Source: Verrucomicrobiaceae bacterium
Lineage (GTDB): Bacteria; Verrucomicrobiota; Verrucomicrobiia; Verrucomicrobiales; Akkermansiaceae
Assembly: GCA_051252135.1 (NCBI GenBank)
Contig: JBPOGH010000008.1
Coordinates: 172,372-236,371, forward strand
Direction of reading: 5' to 3'
Length of the DNA stretch: 64,000 bases
How positions within the stretch are numbered: position 1 is the stretch's first letter; each line of letters begins with the position of its first letter. Below are positions 28,470 to 37,300 of this stretch, one piece after another. A program made the position numbers and the translations under genes. Below the pieces are notes generated by a model that was not told the DNA's origin, did not search any database, and was given only the letters and a program-made list of their open reading frames with translations.

Positions 28470-29606
28470 TTAGTCGTCGTCTTCTCCGGTGGTGACGAGG
28501 CGGTAGTATCCGCTCTTTGGGGCGGGTTGGGGGTCGACCCAGACTTTACGGGTGCCGTCACCCTCGAACTCTTCTTTGGTGTTCCACTGTTCGGTGAGGG
28601 TGGTGGATTGTTCGATGGTGTAGGTTTTTCCGACTTCGGCGATGAAGGAGATGGAGACCTCGGTTCCGGTGACACTAACGACGGCTTCCTTGGGGCCGGT
28701 TGGTGGTGGGAGGGGTGGGTCCTGGACCTGCCAGCCGATATCGGCGAGGCCGGCGAGGTCGAGCTCGGAGAGTCCGCGGAAGGCTTTGGCGTTTGTTACC
28801 GGTGAGAAGCGGTTCATGACGGGGATTGTTTCGACGCCTCCGGGGATGCCGAACATGGCGAGGGAGGGGCTGCGGACGTCATCGGCCCAGTGGAATTCCT
28901 CGATCATGGGGACGGCGGCGCCGTAGGCTTCCATGGAGTGGGGGCCGTTGAAGAGGAGGCCGACCTTGTCGACGTATCGGTTCCAGGTGGAGGCGGTGCC
29001 GACGCCGAGGGCGTGGGCGAGTTCATGGAGGGCGACGGGGATGAACTCGAGGGCCATGGTGTCGTCCGGTCCGGTGGTGGAGAAGTTCCATTCTCTGCCG
29101 GTATCGAAGGTGACGGTGCCGCCCCAGGGGGTGTAGTCGGTGGGTGATTCGACGAAGCGGTCGGCTCCTTCCTGTCCGCGTCCGGTGACGAGGGTCCAGG
29201 TTTCGAGGAGAGTGGCCTGGCTGGCTTCGACGTTGTAGGCTTGTCCCGGGGTGCCGTATCCGCTGAGGCCGCCGAGGGCAGTGCCACCGGCATAGAGGAC
29301 GTAGGTGTCTTCGGGGATGACGAGGTTTTCGACGATGTCGAATCCGCGGGTGACGGGGTTCATGCGGAAGGCGAACCATTTGTCCCCGGTGGGCCAGGTG
29401 GTGGGATCGATGGCGGCGAGGTCATCGGTGATGATGGACTCGTAGAAGTCACAGACGGCGCGGAGGGCGGCGCGGGATTCGGGTGAGTCGAAGAAGCCGT
29501 TTTGATCGAGGGAGTAGTCGATCTCGATCTCGAAGGCGGAGGAACTTCCGGCGGCAATGGTGGTAGCGGCAAGGATGGGGAGCCAGGTTGGGCGGTGCGT
29601 TTTCAT
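28470..29606 (-). CDS. Secreted zinc metalloprotease (matrixin-like)
   Basis: Signal peptide; ALHELAHALG; downstream HW and PVM; C-terminal GYYRLV tail. Confidence 0.85.
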   Translation of the reverse strand: MKTHRPTWLPILAATTIAAGSSSAFEIEIDYSLDQNGFFDSPESRAALRAVCDFYESIITDDLAAIDPTTWPTGDKWFAFRMNPVTRGFDIVENLVIPEDTYVLYAGGTALGGLSGYGTPGQAYNVEASQATLLETWTLVTGRGQEGADRFVESPTDYTPWGGTVTFDTGREWNFSTTGPDDTMALEFIPVALHELAHALGVGTASTWNRYVDKVGLLFNGPHSMEAYGAAVPMIEEFHWADDVRSPSLAMFGIPGGVETIPVMNRFSPVTNAKAFRGLSELDLAGLADIGWQVQDPPLPPPTGPKEAVVSVTGTEVSISFIAEVGKTYTIEQSTTLTEQWNTKEEFEGDGTRKVWVDPQPAPKSGYYRLVTTGEDDD

Positions 29607-29667
29607 AGTCGTGTTACATATGGAATATTTGGTGGAGCACTGTTGGCTCCACGCTGTCCCTCTTCTT

Positions 29668-29692
29668 TTGGGAAGGCACCGGATAGGCGGAC
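29668..29692 (-). promoter_or_regulatory. Putative ECF promoter motif, copy 4
   Basis: Minus strand GTCCG-cctatccggtgc-CTTCCCAA upstream of 29606. Confidence 0.7.
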
Positions 29693-29833
29693 ACCAATTC
29701 TCCTATTTTTCCGGTTTTCGCTCAATCTGGAAGTGCAAGTGGTTGAAATTGATTCCGTTAGATCGCGCTTTTAATTCACCTTTCCGTTGTTTGTATCGGA
29801 TCGGGGAAGGCTGAAAGGTGTGGGAACGGAGAC

Positions 29834-29867
29834 AAAAAAGACCCGCGACCCGGGATGGGTGCGGGTC
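29834..29867 (-). terminator. Terminator of the PEP-CTERM gene 29888-30700
   Basis: GACCCGC..GCGGGTC stem followed by T6 on the minus strand. Confidence 0.7.
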
Positions 29868-29887
29868 GGGGGGATGGGGAGGTGGTG

Positions 29888-30700
29888 TTAATGGCGGCTT
29901 CTTTTGAGGAGGAGGAGGCAGGCGAAGGTGCCGGTGAGGAGGGCGGATGAGGGTTCGGGGACGCCGGAGATGGAGGCTCCCTGAAGGGATCCGAGGCCTT
30001 CTCCGGAGCAGTTTTGGAAGTCGTGGGACTGGGTGTGGAGGTTGATGGTGCCTTCCTGGGCGAACTGGGTGGGAAGGAGGTTGGGAATTCCTGTGGGGTT
30101 GAGGGCGACATCGCCGGCGGGGTTGGTCTCGGTGGCGGGATTGTTGAAGATGCCGGAGGGGAAGAGCTCGAGGGTGGTTCCGTTGATATTGGTGACGGTG
30201 ATGGAGGTGGTGAAGATGGTGGCGTAGGGGTTGGCACCGCCGGGGGTGGAGAGGAAGGAGAAGAGCTCGAGGTCACCATCGAGGTTGTTGCCGGGGTCCC
30301 GGTATCCTGCGCCCCCGACATTTTGGGTGTAGCCGGTGAGGGGGGCGAGTCCGGCGCTGGTGAGGGGGTCTCCGGGGTTTAAGGGGCCGGGAATGCCGGC
30401 GATGGAGCGGGCGGATCCTTCGTTGGTGAAGCCGGCGATATCACCGGCTTGGATCAGGGAATCGAAGGCGACGGTCATGGTGCCGCGGGTGGAGATGTCT
30501 CCGCCGATGCCGTTCATGCAGGGGTTGGTGGCGGTCATGCCGGTGACGACGAGGGCGATTTGGATGACCTGTCCCTCGGTGGCATCGGTGATGGAATTTT
30601 GGATGCCGGGTTGGGTGAGGTCGAGATCGATGAGGACGGCGGCCTGGCTGGAGAGGGGGGCGAGGAGGCAGACCAGTGGGAATAGGTTGTGGGTATTCAT
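29888..30700 (-). CDS. PEP-CTERM protein
   Basis: Signal peptide; ends VPEPSSALLTGTFACLLLLKRSRH. Confidence 0.92.
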   Translation of the reverse strand: MNTHNLFPLVCLLAPLSSQAAVLIDLDLTQPGIQNSITDATEGQVIQIALVVTGMTATNPCMNGIGGDISTRGTMTVAFDSLIQAGDIAGFTNEGSARSIAGIPGPLNPGDPLTSAGLAPLTGYTQNVGGAGYRDPGNNLDGDLELFSFLSTPGGANPYATIFTTSITVTNINGTTLELFPSGIFNNPATETNPAGDVALNPTGIPNLLPTQFAQEGTINLHTQSHDFQNCSGEGLGSLQGASISGVPEPSSALLTGTFACLLLLKRSRH

Positions 30701-30746
30701 TGTTTTAATTGGTGTTGTTTCAAGCGGGTTGCTTGCTGCCTTTGTG

Positions 30747-30771
30747 TTGGGAAGGGAGTGGGTGGGCGGAC
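30747..30771 (-). promoter_or_regulatory. Putative ECF promoter motif, copy 5
   Basis: Minus strand GTCCG-cccacccactcc-CTTCCCAA upstream of 30700. Confidence 0.7.
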
Positions 30772-30853
30772 GCGGAAAGGGGGATTTTTTTTGGGAGAGG
30801 CGGGGGAGTCCTCTTCTTGCATGTGGGTGGGAAGCGGGTATGAGTATGACTTC

Positions 30854-32065
30854 ATGAAAGCACTTTTGACCTTTTGCCTGTTGTTGCCTGCGGTTTCCCT
30901 TGGGGATGATTGGGGGTATTTTTTGGGACCGGAGGGGAACGGGAAATCGGGTGAGGAAGTGCGGACGGATTGGGGATCGACGGCTCCGCCGGTGTTGTGG
31001 AGTGCGGAGGTGGGAAAAGGGTGTTCGTCGATAGTGGTGAAGGATGGGTTGGCGATCACCCTGGGGAATGAGAAGGACACCGATACGGTGTGGTGTTTTG
31101 ATGCGACGACGGGTGAGGTGAAGTGGAAGGATTCGTATGAGGAGGATTTGGAGCCGAAGTTTTACACGGGTGGACCGGGGGCGACTCCGACGATTGAGGG
31201 GGAGTTGGTTTATGTGCTATCGAAGAGCGGGCGGTTGGCGTGTTACGATTTGAAGAGCGGGGAGATTCGGTGGAGGAAGAGTTACAAGGATGACTTTGAC
31301 GGGAAGATGCCGACGTGGGGGTATTCGGCTTCGCCGACGGTTTACGGTGATCTTTTGCTGTGTCTCCCTTGTGGAAAGAAGGGGACGCTGGTGGCGCTGG
31401 ACAAGACCACGGGCGAGGTGAAGTGGAAGACGACGGACAAGGCGCGGGCGGGTTATGCGGCGCCGGTGATTGCGGATCACAAGGGGAAGAAGACGGCTTT
31501 TGTTTTCCAGGGACGGAATCTGGTGGCGTATGATTTGGAGGACGAGGGTGAGGTGCTTTTCACCTACGGGTGGCGCACGCCTTATGATGTGAATGCTTCC
31601 AATCCGGTGTATCAGGACGGGTTGCTTTATCTCTCATCGGGATACGGAATGGGGTACGCGGTGCTGGATGTGACGGGTCGGGAGCCGAAGCTGGAGCATC
31701 GGGATCGTGAGCTGCGGATGATTTTTCAGAATGCGATTCCGAAGGGTGGGGATTTGGTGGGGGTGTTTGGGGACAAGGGGAAGGCGGCGGAGGCGTTCCG
31801 GATGGAGATGAAGACGGGGAAGTTTAAGTGGCGGGCGAAGATTCCGGGATCGCGCGGGTCGACGATTATGCTGGGTGATCAGCTGATTGTTTTATCGGAG
31901 ACGGGGGAGTTGGTTTTTGGGACGGATACGGGGACGAAATTCAAGGAGACGGGGAAGCATGAGATCTTGCCGAAGCTTTGCTGGGCTCCCCCGGCCTTGG
32001 CGGAGGGGAGGCTTTATGCGCGCTCGAACGGGGGGAAGTTGGTGTGTGTGGATTTGCGCAAGTAG
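30854..32065 (+). CDS. PQQ-binding-like beta-propeller protein
   Basis: Signal peptide, DWGYFLGP, repeated xDxxTGEVKW, WAPPAL..GRLYAR. Confidence 0.9.
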   Translation: MKALLTFCLLLPAVSLGDDWGYFLGPEGNGKSGEEVRTDWGSTAPPVLWSAEVGKGCSSIVVKDGLAITLGNEKDTDTVWCFDATTGEVKWKDSYEEDLEPKFYTGGPGATPTIEGELVYVLSKSGRLACYDLKSGEIRWRKSYKDDFDGKMPTWGYSASPTVYGDLLLCLPCGKKGTLVALDKTTGEVKWKTTDKARAGYAAPVIADHKGKKTAFVFQGRNLVAYDLEDEGEVLFTYGWRTPYDVNASNPVYQDGLLYLSSGYGMGYAVLDVTGREPKLEHRDRELRMIFQNAIPKGGDLVGVFGDKGKAAEAFRMEMKTGKFKWRAKIPGSRGSTIMLGDQLIVLSETGELVFGTDTGTKFKETGKHEILPKLCWAPPALAEGRLYARSNGGKLVCVDLRK

Positions 32066-32079
32066 GGGCTGGATGCAGG

Positions 32080-32124
32080 AAGAGTCCGCTTCCGACAGGG
32101 TTGTCAGAAGCGAACTCTCTTTTT
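32080..32124. terminator. Hairpin between convergent genes
   Basis: AGAGTCCGCTTCCGACA-gggt-TGTCAGAAGCGAACTCT-CTTTTT. Confidence 0.6.
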
Positions 32125-32172
32125 GGATCAGGGTGATCCCGGGGTGCGGGGGGTAGGTTAGTCGAGGGAGAG

Positions 32173-33084
32173 TTAGTCGAGGGAGAAGCGGAAGTCGGCG
32201 GGTTTCACGGTGAGGGCGGAGCAGGGGGTGCTGTTGATGAGTCCTTCGGCGGTGGTGCCGAGGAGGAGTTTTTTGAATCCGGTGCGGCCGCGGGTGCCGA
32301 GGACGACGAGATCGGCTTCCATTTCCTTGAGTTTTTTAAAGATGCCGCGGTGGATGCTGTGTGAGGAGACGACGTCGGTGGTGAGGTTTTGAAGGTCGTA
32401 TTCCTTGCCGATGTCGTATCCGAGTTTAGCGAGGCGTTCCTTGAGGTCTTTTTTGATGTCATCTTCGGGGATGATGGGGAAGGCGGGTCCGAGCCAGCCC
32501 ATGTCGGCCTCGGCATAGACGGGGGGGCGGAAGACGTGGATGAGGGTGAGTCGGGCGTTGTCCTGACGGGCGAGCTCGGCGGCGCGATGGACGGCGCGGT
32601 TTGAGGTGTCCGAGAAGTCGGCGCAGGCGACGATTTGCTGGAAGGGTTGGTCCTGGTAGTTGCGGACGAGGAGGACTTCGACGGGGGCTTTGCGGATGCA
32701 TCGTGAGGCGAGGGCGCCGACGTGATGGGGTTCATCGGTGGAGAATCCGCGTGAGCCGAGGACGAGGGTTTCGGGGTTGTGCTCTTTGATGAGTTTAAGG
32801 GTTTCCTGGAAGGGGTGACCGATGGTGACGGCGGAACGGATGTCGTGGGCGGTGCCGATGACGTCCCTGATGAATGAGTCCATTTTTTCGCGGGCGAAGT
32901 TGAGGACACCTTCTTCGGTGTAGGCTTCCATTTTGCGGAAGTCCTCGAGGATATCGCGATCGAGGACGTGGTAGCAGACTAGGGAGAGGTCTTGGGAATT
33001 GGCCATGCGGGAGGCTTCCCGGAGGGCGTTGCGGCTGTGGGGGGAGTAGTCGACTCCGACGAGGATGGATTTTTTAGCACTCAT
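32173..33084 (-). CDS. Tandem-domain universal stress protein
   Basis: ILVGVDYS, LVLGSRG, ACADFS, DLVVLGTRGRTG..LLGTTAE. Confidence 0.93.
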   Translation of the reverse strand: MSAKKSILVGVDYSPHSRNALREASRMANSQDLSLVCYHVLDRDILEDFRKMEAYTEEGVLNFAREKMDSFIRDVIGTAHDIRSAVTIGHPFQETLKLIKEHNPETLVLGSRGFSTDEPHHVGALASRCIRKAPVEVLLVRNYQDQPFQQIVACADFSDTSNRAVHRAAELARQDNARLTLIHVFRPPVYAEADMGWLGPAFPIIPEDDIKKDLKERLAKLGYDIGKEYDLQNLTTDVVSSHSIHRGIFKKLKEMEADLVVLGTRGRTGFKKLLLGTTAEGLINSTPCSALTVKPADFRFSLD

Positions 33085-33110
33085 GTTTTTGGTATTTTTA
33101 GGGGTTTGGA

Positions 33111-34004
33111 TCAGTTGTTGATGGGGATGATGAGGATGGGGCAGGTGGCCTGGCGGATGATGGCTTCGGCGGTGCCGCCGAGGAGGCTGGAGACGATTCC
33201 CTTGAGGCCTTTTCCGGATCGGCCGAGGACGATGAGTCCGCAGGAGGAGGAGGCGAGGTGTTCGAGGAGGGCTTCGGTGGGGTCTTGGTGTTCGATGCAG
33301 GCGGCATCGACCTGGCCGGGGAAGGTGGATTCGGCGGTGCGGGAAATGGCGGTGAGTTGGCCTTCGAGGATTTCGCGGAATTGTTCCTTTTGTCCCTGGT
33401 CTTCAAAGACGGTGGTTTGGTAGCGGAGTCGCTCGGGACGGAGCCAGGGTGGGCGGTTGGTGTGGATGAGGTGGAGGTGATGATTGGGGGTGGCGATGCG
33501 GGCGGCGTGCTCGAGGATGGGGGTGGTGGATTTTGAGAAGTCGATGCAGGCGGCGATGAGGGTGTCGGAGGGCGCGGGGGGGCGGTTGACGAGGAGGACG
33601 GGCATGGTGGCGAAGCGGAGGCATTTGATGGCGAATTGACCGGCTTTGCGGGAATCGTCGGCGTAGTCATCATCACCGAGCACGAGGAGGTCGAATTTTC
33701 CTTCGATGGCGAGGGAGGCGATCTCGTGGTGGGGGATGCCTTCGGCGATCTTGCAAGAAACCTGATGTTCGTCTCCGAGGACTTCTTCGACGAAGTCGGC
33801 GAGGCTGGAGCGGGCGGCGGTCATCATCATTTCCTGTTCGATGAGGTAGAAGGTGACGAACTCGTTGAGTTCGGCCATGGGGACAACGTGGCAGGCGGTG
33901 AGGCTGGCACCGGAGCGAATGGCGATCTGGTTGGCCATGCGGAGGGCATGGCGCGAGGCATCGGTGTAGTTGATCCCGACGAGGATGTTTTGATATGATT
34001 TCAT
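33111..34004 (-). CDS. Tandem-domain universal stress protein
   Basis: MKSYQNILVG, DLLVLG, CIDFS, LLGGTAEAII..CPILII. Confidence 0.9.
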   Translation of the reverse strand: MKSYQNILVGINYTDASRHALRMANQIAIRSGASLTACHVVPMAELNEFVTFYLIEQEMMMTAARSSLADFVEEVLGDEHQVSCKIAEGIPHHEIASLAIEGKFDLLVLGDDDYADDSRKAGQFAIKCLRFATMPVLLVNRPPAPSDTLIAACIDFSKSTTPILEHAARIATPNHHLHLIHTNRPPWLRPERLRYQTTVFEDQGQKEQFREILEGQLTAISRTAESTFPGQVDAACIEHQDPTEALLEHLASSSCGLIVLGRSGKGLKGIVSSLLGGTAEAIIRQATCPILIIPINN

Positions 34005-34166
34005 GGTGCCGATTTGAGGGTTTTTGGTGGTGGTGAGGGGACTCCCACACTGGGAAGATGGCATGGATTTGGGGAATATTCTCCGCGTAGGTTCTTGTTT
34101 TCGTAGCATGGGTTGAGGGGGACTTGGGGGGGAGGGGAAGGGGTTGCGCTGGATCTCACGACCGAT

Positions 34167-34223
34167 ATGACCTCCCTGCTGGCTTTGGCCGGTTTGGCGA
34201 TTGGAATGCGCCGCCGACGTTCC
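34167..34223 (+). pseudogene. Orphan PEP-CTERM tail remnant
   Basis: Translates as TSLLALAGLAIGMRRRRS with no PEP motif or upstream gene; terminator follows. Confidence 0.55.
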
Positions 34224-34250
34224 TTGTGGACCTCGGGTTCAAAATGTCCT

Positions 34251-34292
34251 AAAGCATCCGTTAGCCGTTTTGAGCCAACGGATGCTTTTTTT
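34251..34292 (+). terminator. Intrinsic terminator
   Basis: AAAGCATCCGTT ... AACGGATGCTTTTTT. Confidence 0.75.
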
Positions 34293-34321
34293 GTCAATCC
34301 ACCTTAGAAATTTCCCAATTT

Positions 34322-37300
34322 ATGAATGCTATCTCTAATCGAACGATTCTGTTGTTTTTGTTTTTGATTTTTCCGCTGCAAGGAGAGGTCGTTATTTCCG
34401 AGTTTATGGCCTCCAACCGGGCGACATTGGCCGATGAGGATGGTGATTTCAGTGATTGGATCGAGCTGGAGAATATCGGTGAGGGGGTGGTGAATTTGAC
34501 GGGGTGGCAATTGACGGACAAGGCGGGTGATCCGGGATCACGGTGGGTTTTACCGACGCGGTTTCTTGCGCCGGGCGGGCGATTGGTGCTGTTTGCATCG
34601 GGTAAGGACCGGAAGCCGGCATCGGCGGCGGGTGAGTTGCACACGAACTTTCAGCTTTCGTCGGGAGGCGAGTATCTTGCGTTGATTGAGGCGGACGGGG
34701 TGACGGTGGCGTCGGCATTTGATCCGGCCTATCCACCGCAGGAGGAGGATGTTTCGTATGGTCGTGGAGCATTGACTCTGGCGACCGAGGAGCTGGTGAA
34801 GGAAGGAGATGCGGGGAAGTTGCAGGTGGTGGTGAATGATGGGGCGGGTAGTATGTGGCGTGGGGGGAACGAGCCGTTTGATGACAGTGGTTGGTTGACG
34901 GTGAAGACGGGGGTGGGTTTTGATCAGGGTGGCGGGCCTTCGGGGTTTGAGTTGGTGGAGAATTTTGACGGGTTGAATGCGGGGGCTTTGGACGGGCAGG
35001 GGGGGTGGTCGGCTTCAGCGGCGACGGTGACGGTGGCGAACGATCCGGCAAATGTGGAGAATCAGGTGATGTCGCAGGCCGGGGACAACGTCCGGGCATT
35101 CAAGGGGATATCGATTCCCCAGGGAGAGACCGCGACCGTGTTTTATCGGATTCGGCGGGAGGGGATCATTGATGCGTCGATTGGGACGTCGGATGTGGTC
35201 ACGCCGGGAACGGCTTATTCGGACTTTGAGACCCAGCTGAACAATCAGAAGAATGATATCTGGAATGTGCGGGATGCGGGAGGGTTTACGGCGGTGGATA
35301 CTTTTGCGGACAACACGTGGTATGAAGTGTGGATGGTGATCGATAATGCGTCCGATACGTATGAGGTGCATATGAAGGGCGGGGCTTTGACGGAGCGGAC
35401 GCAATTGGATGCGGGAGCGCAGACGGTGTTTGGATTTCGGAACGGAAGTGCGACAAACGCGATCGAGAACTTTTTCGCGCGGACGGGAAACGGAACGACG
35501 GGGGCGATGCTGATTGATGATATCTATTTGGCGACCGGCGAGAATTTGGCGAATCCGGCCAATGGTTTGGGCTTGAGTGATTTCATTGATGCCGAGGGTG
35601 GGATTGAGACGGAGATGGCCGGAGTGGCTGCGGGGGCGTATTTGAGGATACCTTTTGAAACGGGGAATTTGGACGGGGTGGGATCGTTGATTCTGCGGAT
35701 GCGTTATGACGACGGCTTTGTGGCTTATTTGAACGGGGTGGAGATTGAAGCGCGGAATGCGCCGGCGTCTGTGGCCTGGAATTCGACTGCGTTGACGGAG
35801 CGATCCGCCCAGGATGTGGTGAATTTTGTGGAGATTGATGTGACGGCGTTTGCGGACCTGTTGGTGCCGGGTGGGACGAATGTGTTGGCGATTCACGGGT
35901 TGAATCTGACCGCTGCGGACGGTGATTTTTTGATCACTCCCGAGCTGGTGGGAGTGGCGGCGAGTCCGACGGCGGAGAAATTGTATTTCACGTCTCCGAC
36001 ACCGGGCTTGGCGAATGGGTCCGGCTTTTTGGGATTTGTGGGAGATACGCAGTTTTCGGTGGACCGGGGATTTTATGATACGCCGATTGAGTTGGTGATT
36101 TCCGCGACGTTGGAGGGATCGACGATCATTTACACGACGGATGGATCGATGCCGGGTGCGACGAACGGAACGTCGGTGGCGGCACCGGCGACTCTGAGCA
36201 TCAGTGAGACGACTCCGTTGCGGGCGGTGGCGGTGAAGGATGGTTACGTTTCCACCAATGTGGATACGCACACTTATATTTTCCCGACGGACGTGATTGT
36301 GCAGGGGAATTCTCCGGAGGGGTATCCCGCGGTGTGGAAGGGTGATAACGGGAACGGAACGGAGACGGCGGATTACGAGATGGATTCCGAAGTGACGCAG
36401 AGTGCGACTTATGGGCCGTTTATCAAGGATGCGCTGTTGGCGATCCCGACGATTTCATTGGTGACGGAGAAGGGGAACCTTTTCGATCCGGCGACGGGGA
36501 TTTACCAGAATCCGCAGCAGAGCGGGAGTGTGTGGGAGAGGCCGGTTTCCTTTGAGGTGATTCACCCGAACGGGGAACGGCAGGGGATTCAGGTGGATGC
36601 GGGAATCCGAATTCAGGGTGGGCATACGCGACTTCCCTCGAAGAATCCGAAGCACTCGTTTCGGGTATCCTTTAAGCGGGAGTTTGGTCCGACGAAGCTG
36701 AATTATGATTTGTTCCCGGATGATCCGGATGCGGCGAAGGAGTTTGACCAGTTGATTCTGCGTGGAGCGGGCAACCAGTCGTGGCTGCACCACAATACCT
36801 TCAAGGGAGACAACCGCGGGCGGGCGCAGTATATCCGGGACCAGTGGGCGAAGGATGTGCAGCTGGCGATGGGGCATCCGGCAACGAGGTCGATGTATGC
36901 GCATCTTTACATCAACGGGATTTATTGGGGGATGTATAATCCGACGGAGCGCGGGACGGCCGGGTTTGGTGAGTCCTATCTGGGTGGAACGAAAGAGGAT
37001 TATGATGCGTTGAACAGCGGTGAAGCGATCGACGGAGATGCAGCGCGGGCGAATTACCAGGCGATGATCACTCTGGCGAACGGAGGATTGGCCGATCCGG
37101 TGAGGTATGCGGAGATGGCCGAGATGCTCGATCTGGAGGCGTTTACGGATTACATGATCATCCAGCAGTATGGCGGTAATCTGGATTGGGATCACCACAA
37201 CTGGTATGTGATCCGGAACCGGAATGGCGGGAAGTGGTATTTCCTGAGTTGGGACAGTGAGTTTATCTTCATTGATACGACGGACAATGTGTTGTCGCTT

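Noticed and set aside
27230..28675. Long antisense or alternative-frame ORFs (also 5181-6290, 21983-22957, 24148-25356, 35015-36271, 36455-38272, 41409-42620, 58955-60193)
   Set aside because: Shadows of real genes caused by high GC and strong strand skew; low-complexity translations with no motifs
34293..34318. GTCAA...TTCCCAA as a sixth ECF promoter copy
   Set aside because: Upstream element mismatched, spacing off by one, and only 3 nt from the ATG
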